This document shows, piece by piece, positions 1-8,139 of a stretch of DNA of 64,000 nucleotides. The position numbers were made by a program, and so were the translations under genes. The notes beneath the pieces are model-generated. The model was not told where the DNA came from. It saw only the letters and a program-made list of their open reading frames with translations, and searched no databases. Position 1 is the stretch's first letter. Each line of letters begins with the position of its first letter. The stretch covers positions 192,001-256,000 of the forward strand of contig JAHPZH010000005.1 of assembly GCA_019058315.1 (NCBI GenBank). The letters run 5' to 3'. The DNA comes from Candidatus Helarchaeota archaeon (GTDB lineage Archaea > Asgardarchaeota > Lokiarchaeia > Helarchaeales > RDOG01).

Positions 1-1
1 A

Positions 2-1642
2 GCCGCTGATAATTATAAAAATGCTATTGATTCATTTGAGAAAGCAATATTAACACTCACTTATTCGAATTTGGGTAAAAAAATTGAGAAGATGAAGAAT
101 TATATTAAAGCTTGGAACCTTATTGAAATCGCTAAATCTCACCATGCAAATGAGGACCATAATAACGCACAATTGAATTACGAACAAGCAAGCCGGATTT
201 TAAGTAATCTACGTGAATATAAATTTGAGTCTCCATTTTATTTTGCGTGGTCTTTATTAGAAAAGGCAGAATTTTTAAGTAAACAGAATAACCACCAAGA
301 AGCTGCAGCTACATACTTGGTTTCTAAAAATAATTTTCAGGAGGCTATTGAAAACCTAAAACTAGCTTTAAGTAAAATAAGATCTTTTAGAGAAAAAGAG
401 CGACTTCCAAAATTAATCCAAGTCGCGGAACTACGTGCAAATTATTGTTCTGCACGTTATCAGATCGAAACTGCCAGATTAGAAAGTAAAAAAGGAAATC
501 ATTTACTTGCGGCAGAGCTTTATAATAAAGCAGGAGCAATTTTTGAAAATTTGTGTCAAGTATTTAGAATTAAACGCGAGAAACAAGAGTTAATAGCTAT
601 ATATTATTTATGCAGAGCTTGGGAACATATGGAACAAGCAGATCTGGAACAGGAGTCCTCAAGTTATGCATTAGCTTCGGAATTATTCGAAAAAGCTTGC
701 GATAATTTCCCAGAAAGTAGAATGAAAAAATTATCTTTAGGAAATTCACTTTTTTGTTCGGCTTTGCAGTTTGGAGGGTTATTTGACAAATCATCAGATT
801 TAGAAGAAAAAATAAATTATTATAAAAAAATTAAGATGTTTCTAAGAGAAGCTTCAAAAAATTATCAAATAGGAGGATTCGAACAAGATGCCAAATGGGC
901 ATTAGCAACTTCAACTTTTTTTGATGGAATTTGGCATCTAATTCTTTCGGATAATGAGATTGATTTTTCTAAAAAGAATCAATTTTTGAATATAGCTACA
1001 ACATATCTCAATAATGCTCTAAACATCTTTGATGATTCGGGATATGATCAAAAAAGTGATGAGGTTTCAAATTATTTGGATATGATTAAAGATGAAAAGG
1101 AAATTCTCACTTCAGCTTTAAATATTATTGAAAAACCTGCCATTTCGGAAAGCTCTATCGGTATTTCAGCCCCTTCTTGCCCTATAGAAATAAGCTCGTC
1201 AGTAAATATTGGTGAGATGCAAAGAACAGATCTACAAACTGAATCGGAGTTAGATTGGAATAAAAGAATTCATCATATCTATTTCTTTATGCCTAATGGA
1301 GTTTGTATTTATGATCGTTCTTTTAGAAAGGAAAAAGATATTGAACCACAATTAGTCTCGGGTGGACTAACAGGAATATCTGCACTTATACAAGAAGTGA
1401 CTAAAAGCCAAACAAAAGTAAAAATCGTTGAACAAGAAGAAATGACAATCCTACTCGAACATGGAAACTATACGAGCATTGCCTTAATTACAGAAGAAAA
1501 CTTGATAACCCTAAGAAATAAATTAAAACAGTTAATTAATGATGTAGAAGACTTCTACCAAGAAGAATTTGAAACATATTCAGGAAATTTAAGTCTTTTT
1601 TCGAAAATTAGTAAATTTGTTCAAAAAATATTTGAAAATTAA
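2..1642 (+). CDS. TPR-like helical repeat protein with C-terminal longin/roadblock-like domain (5' truncated by window edge)
   Basis: Frame is open from position 2 (gcc gct gat aat...) into the 71..1642 ORF. Repeated A..Y..A helical motifs; C-terminus HHIYFFMPNGVCIY...LVSGGLTGISALIQEV...ILLEHG...IALIT resembles the longin-fold tails common in Asgard proteins. Confidence 0.75.
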   Translation, partial: AADNYKNAIDSFEKAILTLTYSNLGKKIEKMKNYIKAWNLIEIAKSHHANEDHNNAQLNYEQASRILSNLREYKFESPFYFAWSLLEKAEFLSKQNNHQEAAATYLVSKNNFQEAIENLKLALSKIRSFREKERLPKLIQVAELRANYCSARYQIETARLESKKGNHLLAAELYNKAGAIFENLCQVFRIKREKQELIAIYYLCRAWEHMEQADLEQESSSYALASELFEKACDNFPESRMKKLSLGNSLFCSALQFGGLFDKSSDLEEKINYYKKIKMFLREASKNYQIGGFEQDAKWALATSTFFDGIWHLILSDNEIDFSKKNQFLNIATTYLNNALNIFDDSGYDQKSDEVSNYLDMIKDEKEILTSALNIIEKPAISESSIGISAPSCPIEISSSVNIGEMQRTDLQTESELDWNKRIHHIYFFMPNGVCIYDRSFRKEKDIEPQLVSGGLTGISALIQEVTKSQTKVKIVEQEEMTILLEHGNYTSIALITEENLITLRNKLKQLINDVEDFYQEEFETYSGNLSLFSKISKFVQKIFEN

Positions 1643-1672
1643 ATAGAACACCGCTGAGAATAAAAAAAATTA

Positions 1673-2092
1673 ATGGTGATTAAAATAAATTTTGGTAAAA
1701 TTCATCATATTGCATACGTATATAAAGATGGTAAAGCTGCGCTTAAAGAATTTCAAAGCCAATTTGGTGTAGAAGAATTTGAATGGATTGATATGGTAGT
1801 AGGAAAAGTAGCAAGATTCATAATTGGAAATATACAAATAGATTTGATGGAGCCTAGAGAACTTGGGTCCGTTTTTAATAAATTTTTAGAAAATGGTAAT
1901 TTTGGTCTTCACCATATAGCATATTTGGTTGATAACATAGATGAGAAAATTAAAGAGTGGAAGTCAAAAGGTTTTAAGCGACTTCTTGGGGGTATTATTC
2001 CACCACAAACGAAATTTGAATACTTTGATACAACGAATATGCTTGGTCATGTTATTGAGTTTATACAACCTAATTATACAAAAAAGAAATAG
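1673..2092 (+). CDS. VOC/glyoxalase family protein (methylmalonyl-CoA epimerase-like)
   Basis: IHHIAYV, QIDLMEP, FLENGNFGLHHIAYLVDNI, HVIEFIQ motifs. Confidence 0.85.
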   Translation: MVIKINFGKIHHIAYVYKDGKAALKEFQSQFGVEEFEWIDMVVGKVARFIIGNIQIDLMEPRELGSVFNKFLENGNFGLHHIAYLVDNIDEKIKEWKSKGFKRLLGGIIPPQTKFEYFDTTNMLGHVIEFIQPNYTKKK

Positions 2093-2157
2093 CTGTAATA
2101 TTAACTTACAATCACAAGTTCTGTATCAAAAACTAAAAATAAAAAAATAGGTTTTAT

Positions 2158-3351
2158 TTATAATCGAACATCTTTGAATATTTCTATTTCTCGGCCCCAA
2201 CCTATTGAGACGATTTCATCTTTTGGTTGAAGACTCCATGGCTTCGTCTTATGAGTTATATCAAAAAGTATTCCTTTAGTCATCTCTTCGACAGTCATGT
2301 CTAAATCATCAGGAGTTATCCAATTTCCTTTTGGATATTGCCAGTCAAATTCTTCCTTTATATAAGTAGCCTTCTTTTTTATATTTGGTGCTTTTGCACC
2401 CAGTGATTGCACTGGCCATGGAAATCCTGTTTTCCAAGTGTCCACAAATGCTTTTTCCCAGAAATCTGTCCCTTCAAGGACTTCTTTACCGATATCTTGC
2501 ATTTCTTGTTCAACATGATTCAAGCATAAACGATTACTTGAGAGAAGTCCGGCCATTCTTAAGATGAAATCTTCGCGTTTCATATAAAGAAGCATTTGAA
2601 CCATCGAGGGCCATGGAATATATGCAAACCAATGATCTGGTAAGCCATAAGCTCGTTTTGTTGCAACACCATCCCAAATCATACCAACTAATTCAAACAT
2701 GGAAGGTTCAACAAGAAAACCAGCAATTCCGCTAACCCAAACTGTGCAAACGGAGTAAGGAGCGGTTGCCCACTGCGGAGTTCTTTCGTTTCTTACGTCT
2801 CGAAGAATATCTATAACTTCAAGACCACATTTAGTCATATCTTTTGAATGTTTAAAAGCATCCTTGAGTTTGAAGCCATATTTCAAATGTCTCCGCTCTA
2901 GAAGGTCATCTTCTGGTCCGACCACCCACCAGTCTACAGGTACACCATTTTCGATGTGACCATTTAACAGAAAAATCAATTCTTGGTCAAGATCTCCTAA
3001 AGCGTAAAAAGTCATATCAAGAGAGTCACCATAAAGCAGTTTCATAGTTCCTTGTGTTAAATCTGAACGCAGTGGGAGAACAGGAGGAAAAATCATCCAA
3101 GCTAACCGTTTGTCGGGATTCTGAATTGTACCATCTAATACATCTTTTGCAGTAAGTATACTTTCATCTAGCCTAGCTTTAAAAATATCATAAAGCATTT
3201 CAGTTGAGAGGTTAGGGAGAGCTTCCTCTACCATTTCCTCGTAACCCAGCTCTTTATACAATCTCCATATATGTCTCGATAGAGGGAAATAGGGTTTTGT
3301 AATTAATGTGTCTGGTAGATCTCCATATGTCATTTTTTTTCCTTCAGACAT
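2158..3351 (-). CDS. Uncharacterised family X protein, divergent paralog lacking the polybasic tail
   Basis: Shares FPP.L..R.DL, RRHLKYGFKLKD, RDVRNERTPQW, WDGV...YGLP, PWPSM, LFDITHK, IVSIGWG with the ORFs at 8140, 21808, 23176 and 26495. Confidence 0.8.
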   Translation of the reverse strand: MSEGKKMTYGDLPDTLITKPYFPLSRHIWRLYKELGYEEMVEEALPNLSTEMLYDIFKARLDESILTAKDVLDGTIQNPDKRLAWMIFPPVLPLRSDLTQGTMKLLYGDSLDMTFYALGDLDQELIFLLNGHIENGVPVDWWVVGPEDDLLERRHLKYGFKLKDAFKHSKDMTKCGLEVIDILRDVRNERTPQWATAPYSVCTVWVSGIAGFLVEPSMFELVGMIWDGVATKRAYGLPDHWFAYIPWPSMVQMLLYMKREDFILRMAGLLSSNRLCLNHVEQEMQDIGKEVLEGTDFWEKAFVDTWKTGFPWPVQSLGAKAPNIKKKATYIKEEFDWQYPKGNWITPDDLDMTVEEMTKGILFDITHKTKPWSLQPKDEIVSIGWGREIEIFKDVRL

Positions 3352-3379
3352 TTAAATTACCTCTTTGATAGAGACTTTT

Positions 3380-3730
3380 TTAGAAGGGAGCTACCTTGAA
3401 TTGACCTTTCTTCAATTTATGCCAACCGCCTGTTAATGCCCAGTACAACTTAATAATCATAAAAAATCCTATTACTCCACATTCTATGACTGTTAATATG
3501 GTAACTGCTGTGATATCTAGTTGATAAATCAAGCGGAAAAACAGATTGAATAAGAACGCATAACATATAAATGCCATACCTGAGAGAAGAATTGCGATAA
3601 TGTCTTCAGATAACATAGCACACCAAGAGGCAATCATCGTAAGTAGTGCTATTGCTATTAATATAAATAGTGGGTCTATAAAATCTATTGTAATTGGAGG
3701 TTGTATAAATGCAAAACCAATATTAACCAT
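3380..3730 (-). CDS. Small membrane protein (about 3 TM)
   Basis: Three hydrophobic stretches; tightly packed between 3739 and 3351 in an apparent operon. Confidence 0.7.
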   Translation of the reverse strand: MVNIGFAFIQPPITIDFIDPLFILIAIALLTMIASWCAMLSEDIIAILLSGMAFICYAFLFNLFFRLIYQLDITAVTILTVIECGVIGFFMIIKLYWALTGGWHKLKKGQFKVAPF

Positions 3731-3738
3731 AACATCAC

Positions 3739-4332
3739 CTACAGTAAAATAGTTCCAAAATTTATTACAGTCCAGATTTCCGAAAAAGGAACAAGTTTTG
3801 TCTTTCCTTTAATCATCGAAATCATGACGTTGACTAAAGCTTTCAAACGCACCGTTATGGGACCCACAATAAGTGTTCCGAACTTGCCTACTTCCCATTG
3901 GCTTGAAACGTACAAGTTAACATTAGCCATGGGATGGACCCAATCTTTCCAATAAAGATAATTCGTTCTACCACATTTCGGACATTTCTCGATCGTTTCT
4001 TCCACTCTATCTAATAGAATTGACTTTGTATCTTCTTTTGGAATATCAAATTGTACTTTTTCTCGTGGAAGGTCTTTCCAAAAACCTTTCCAACCACATT
4101 TTTTACATTTTAACATTGGCGTAGGATATGACTCATATCGTACCCATCGTTTTGGTTTGCCATCAATTTCTAGTTCTTCGAAGAAAAATACTACCGCTTC
4201 GTTAAAATTCATAAGAGTCAGTTGGATTACTTTGCCAAACATTCTATTCATAATTTTCCTTTGTTCACGCTCTTCTTTAGCTTCTAAACCTTTTATAAAC
4301 ATTTCAGCAATAACTTCTAGTGCACTTTTCAT
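3739..4332 (-). CDS. Putative SCP2-like domain protein with zinc-ribbon insertion
   Basis: CKKC...CPKC pair; flanking segments (GKVIQLTL, ANVNLYVSS, MISMIKGKTKL) resemble the SCP2 pattern. Confidence 0.5.
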   Translation of the reverse strand: MKSALEVIAEMFIKGLEAKEEREQRKIMNRMFGKVIQLTLMNFNEAVVFFFEELEIDGKPKRWVRYESYPTPMLKCKKCGWKGFWKDLPREKVQFDIPKEDTKSILLDRVEETIEKCPKCGRTNYLYWKDWVHPMANVNLYVSSQWEVGKFGTLIVGPITVRLKALVNVMISMIKGKTKLVPFSEIWTVINFGTILL

Positions 4333-4528
4333 GAATTATCCCTTTTTCTTTCTTTTTTAAGAATAATTTAAAATGAAGATTAATTCAAAAGGTATTTTGA
4401 ATTTTAAAAATATTTTTCTATCCAAAATTGTCGTATATTAGAGGATAATTTATATAATTAATATCATTTTTAAGTTCTAAAAAAAATGATATAAAAATTT
4501 GTGTGAAAATAATATTAAGGGAAAAAAA

Positions 4529-4897
4529 ATGAGCTCGAAATATGAAGGATTTCCAGCAATTGCTTACGCGGGATTATGGTTTCTTAAAACATTTGGAAAA
4601 TTAAGAAGACAATTTCCAGATTTGAAAATAGACATAGTTTTTTTTGTTACTGATGTACCTCCAGCTACTTTGATTAAAATTGATAAAGGCGATTTTGAAG
4701 TTGAAATATTAGAAGATCTCAAAGATGTTAAAGACTTAGATAATATTGAATGTGATGCTTATCTAGCTTTATCAACAGATGATTTAGCGGGAGGTATCGA
4801 TAGTATTATGGACGGTGTAGCTCAAAAACGAATTAAAATGAAAAATCCTAATGCATTAGGAATATTAGGAAAAATTTTATCAACAGTGGTGGCGTAA
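4529..4897 (+). CDS. Putative SCP2-like (lipid/sterol carrier fold) protein
   Basis: LIKIDKGDFEV...ECDAYLALSTDDL...MDGVAQKRIKMK resembles SCP2. ATG at 4529 is a more plausible start than TTG at 4499; the stop abuts the next start. Confidence 0.55.
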   Translation: MSSKYEGFPAIAYAGLWFLKTFGKLRRQFPDLKIDIVFFVTDVPPATLIKIDKGDFEVEILEDLKDVKDLDNIECDAYLALSTDDLAGGIDSIMDGVAQKRIKMKNPNALGILGKILSTVVA

Positions 4898-6058
4898 ATG
4901 GCAAAAGAAGAAAAATCAACTGCTCTTGAAAGAATATTAACAGTTTTAGAAGGAAAAATCCCAGATAGAGTTCCAAGTTTTTGCTTAGGTGGTGATTTTG
5001 AATTTGTTGATAAATTTATGAAATCACCTTATGCTCTTACTGATGAAGATATGGATCAATTAGATAAAGATAGAGTGTCATATGCTGTTCCATATATACA
5101 TGCTATAATAGCTAAATTTGCTCCACCTGATATATTACCAGGTGGAATAGATGCGAAAATTGATTTATGCTGGCAAACAGTTGGAGGTTTGGGTATGATG
5201 AAAATGGATCATACTGATGAGCTCCTTCTTGTTACAGGTGCGTTATTCAAGGTAGCTGTTCGAGATAATGGAATTCCACACTTTTGGTATAAAGGTCCTG
5301 GACTTTTGAAAAAAGAGCATATTGAAGCCTATTGGAATAAAGAAAAGGAAATGAGACCAGATAGATCAAGTTTTAGAAGTATTGCAAGAATTAGAAAAAC
5401 AATGTTAAATAAATATGATATTGTCGTATCCCAAGGAATAGCAGGACCATTTGAGAATTGTATTTTTGGTATTGGACATGCAAATTTTGCTCGTTTTGCT
5501 AGAAAACATCCAGACTTTCTTCAACAACATATAGATTTTCAATGGGAGACGTTTGAAGAACCTACATTGAAGCTATTAATGAAAACCAAGCCAGAAATTG
5601 TCATGTGTGGAGATGACTATGGATACAATTCGGGTTTACAGCTTCCTGGCAAACAATGGCGTGAATTTATTAAACCTATTTTAGCAAAATATGTAAAAAT
5701 TGCACATGATGGAGGAGCTAAATTTCTTTTACATAGCTGCGGAGATATTCATGAAATTTTTCCTGATTTTGTTGAAATTGGGATTGATGGAGTGGAATCA
5801 TTAAAGCCAAAAAATAATGATTTAAAGATGTATAGAGAAGAATATCCTGAAATAACTCTCCTTGGAACAATTGACGATTCTGAATTGTTAAAATATGAAT
5901 CTCCTGAAGTCATTAGAAATTCTGTCAAAACAAGCATTAAAACTTTAGGAAGAAAGGGAGGATATATTCCGGGACCTACAAATTTTCTTTTAGATCAACC
6001 ACCAGAAAATATCGTAGAACAGTTTAAAGCAATACAAAAATTTGGAAAATATCCTTAA
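4898..6058 (+). CDS. Uroporphyrinogen decarboxylase-family (MtaA/CmuA-like) corrinoid methyltransferase
   Basis: PDRVP at N-terminus, GPFE, CGDD, LHSCGD, LLGTID; directly abuts a corrinoid protein gene. Confidence 0.85.
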   Translation: MAKEEKSTALERILTVLEGKIPDRVPSFCLGGDFEFVDKFMKSPYALTDEDMDQLDKDRVSYAVPYIHAIIAKFAPPDILPGGIDAKIDLCWQTVGGLGMMKMDHTDELLLVTGALFKVAVRDNGIPHFWYKGPGLLKKEHIEAYWNKEKEMRPDRSSFRSIARIRKTMLNKYDIVVSQGIAGPFENCIFGIGHANFARFARKHPDFLQQHIDFQWETFEEPTLKLLMKTKPEIVMCGDDYGYNSGLQLPGKQWREFIKPILAKYVKIAHDGGAKFLLHSCGDIHEIFPDFVEIGIDGVESLKPKNNDLKMYREEYPEITLLGTIDDSELLKYESPEVIRNSVKTSIKTLGRKGGYIPGPTNFLLDQPPENIVEQFKAIQKFGKYP

Positions 6059-6694
6059 GTGGACTTTATGACATTAAAAAATATTATAGATATACTAATT
6101 AATCTGAAAATTGAAGAAATCGAAAATGCTGTTATGTCTGAGTTAGATAATGATACAAATGTCCAAGATATTATGAATGCCCTTACTCAAGGAATGTATT
6201 CAGTAGGAGAATTATACGAGAAGCGGGAGTTTTACCTTTCAGAATTAGTCGTGGCAGCAGAAATGATTAAGATGGCAATGAAAATTCTGGAACCACATTT
6301 AAATTCAGTTGTAAAAGGTCATGGGAAAAAAATCGTTGTCACAACCGTTAGAGGTGATACTCATGATATCGGTAAAAATATTCTAATAAATATGTTAAAA
6401 TCTAGCGGTTTTGATGTTATCGACTTGGGGGTAGATTGTCCTGCGGAGAAAATTGTTAATGCGATAAAAAAATCAGGGGCGATGGTTCTCGCATTAAGCT
6501 CACTTCTTACTATGTCAATGGAAGAAATTTCAGTCGTTGATAAAGCTCTAAAAGATGAAGGTCTTCGGGATCAAGTTAAAATTATTGTAGGAGGAGCACC
6601 CTTAAATTTAAAATTCGCAAAAAAATTAGGCGCAGATGCTTATGCTGAAGATGCTGTTAGCGGTGTAAGAAAAATTATGGAATTATTCGATTAA
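6059..6694 (+). CDS. Corrinoid (cobalamin-binding) protein, MtaC/MttC family
   Basis: GDTHDIGKNI (DxHxxG), VIDLGVD, LSSLL, IIVGGAP; N-terminal B12 cap domain (GM..VGELY...FYLSELV). Confidence 0.95.
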   Translation: MDFMTLKNIIDILINLKIEEIENAVMSELDNDTNVQDIMNALTQGMYSVGELYEKREFYLSELVVAAEMIKMAMKILEPHLNSVVKGHGKKIVVTTVRGDTHDIGKNILINMLKSSGFDVIDLGVDCPAEKIVNAIKKSGAMVLALSSLLTMSMEEISVVDKALKDEGLRDQVKIIVGGAPLNLKFAKKLGADAYAEDAVSGVRKIMELFD

Positions 6695-6772
6695 TCATTT
6701 AAATGACGATGATTTTAATAAATTAAATATACCTTTTTTTTAATTTAAATAAATAAAAATATAAAATCAATT

Positions 6773-7681
6773 TTATTGTAAATGGTCTAGGGTTATTTTT
6801 GTAAGATAAGAAAGTAGTTCTGCAAATTTTTGATTTTCAGTCTCTTTCATCTCATAATAAGTTACATCCAACTCATTAGCTAATGTTTCTATTTCCTTCG
6901 ATTTATTTTCTTTGGATCCTATACCGACAAAGGCGAGTGACATATCCAAAACTCTTCCATTTTTTCGTCCCTTCTCTCTCCACTTAAGATTGGTTGCTTT
7001 CTTTAACTCTGTATATAAATTCTTTACTGATTCTGGGGACTTGGGATCATTATTATCAAATGTAAAAATAACGACTGAACTGTCTTGGTACATTGTCTTT
7101 CTTGTTCCCTTAAACTCATTTTGACCTGAAATATTCCAAAGCACAAGTTTGATGTTTTTATTTTCAAGAAATACATGTCTAACACTAAAATTAACTCCTA
7201 TATGTGAAAAAGATAAAGATTCTTTTTTTTCGGATATTTTTTCAATAAGATCGTGTTTTTGCCCCTCATTTGAACCTAAAATAATTAACTTTATTACTTC
7301 TTCATCTAATTTACCCCATTCTTCGAACTGAGTTATAAAATTTTTATATTTTTGAATCTTTTTGCGAAGTTCATACAATTGACTACGTCCCGTGCTATCA
7401 AGTTTAATATCTAAAACTCTTCTTAAAATTGCTTCAGCTTGTCCATGACTAATTGCTTTATCATACTTCATTTTTAATTTATTAGCGATTTGAGAAATCA
7501 GTTTATCAATATTACAACTTTGATTAAGAATCTTTACTAATTGTTCCATATCTTTTATCGGTTTTTCGATCTTAAATTCTTCCAAAATTAGGTTTGATAA
7601 TTCTGCTTTATCAAAATTATGTTTTTGAAGAAACCCAACTAGTATGCCAAGTTGAGCATCCGTTAATTCCTTATTTTCCAT
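6773..7681 (-). CDS. Rab/Ras-like small GTPase domain (degenerate) with N-terminal helical extension
   Basis: IKLIILG, HIGVNF, IKLVLWNISGQNEF, MYQDSSVVIFTFD, YYEM follow Rab topology; G1, G3 and G4 deviate from consensus. Confidence 0.8.
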   Translation of the reverse strand: MENKELTDAQLGILVGFLQKHNFDKAELSNLILEEFKIEKPIKDMEQLVKILNQSCNIDKLISQIANKLKMKYDKAISHGQAEAILRRVLDIKLDSTGRSQLYELRKKIQKYKNFITQFEEWGKLDEEVIKLIILGSNEGQKHDLIEKISEKKESLSFSHIGVNFSVRHVFLENKNIKLVLWNISGQNEFKGTRKTMYQDSSVVIFTFDNNDPKSPESVKNLYTELKKATNLKWREKGRKNGRVLDMSLAFVGIGSKENKSKEIETLANELDVTYYEMKETENQKFAELLSYLTKITLDHLQ

Positions 7682-7701
7682 TTTCTAAACATCTTTAAAT
7701 C

Positions 7702-7751
7702 TGTTTCGTCCAAGTTTTGGTTGGACGTCCTTATTTAGATTGGACGTCCAA
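7702..7751. promoter_or_regulatory. Triple operator array, consensus palindrome TTGGACGTCCAA, 19-bp period
   Basis: TGTTTCGTCCAA 7702-7713, TTGGACGTCCTT 7721-7732, perfect palindrome TTGGACGTCCAA 7740-7751; lies between a minus-strand TATA-like element (~7754-7762) and the GTPase start. Confidence 0.7.
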
Positions 7752-8086
7752 ATTATTATAAATTAGTATTGTATAAAAATTTTTTGGTTATAAAAAACGA
7801 TTATACAAATGGAAAATTTCAGTCTTTAATAAAGCTCTAAGAAATAAAGTGCTTAAGGATCAATTTAAAATAATTTTTGGAGAAATATATTTAAATTTAA
7901 AACCATCAGAATAATAAGGTGTAGATATTTATTCCAAAGATGCCGTATAATTATTTATTTGAGCTTAAATTCCTAAATCCTTTCGATAATAGGTTTTTCA
8001 TTGGTTAAATAGTCATAATTGTTAGTCAATGAATTTAAAATCTCAGTTTTGCTGTAATTATCTAAAGATTTATATATTGAATAATA

Positions 8087-8120
8087 ATAGATTTCTATAA
8101 AAGATTGTAGATATCTACAA
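8087..8120. promoter_or_regulatory. Palindromic operator TTGTAGATATCTACAA plus weaker upstream site
   Basis: Perfect 16-bp palindrome 8105-8120; ATAGATTTCTAT at 8087-8098 (cores 20 bp apart); downstream of TTTATATA 8069-8076. Confidence 0.7.
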
Positions 8121-8139
8121 ATATAATTAATTTGTTTAG

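Noticed and set aside
4898-6694. Evidence for methanogenesis
   Set aside because: MT/corrinoid pairs are widespread in non-methanogenic anaerobes; no mcr, mtr or pyrrolysine-type methyltransferase genes in the window
7702-7751. Possible mini-CRISPR or iteron array
   Set aside because: Units are 12 bp with 7-bp spacers, far too short for CRISPR; no cas or rep gene nearby
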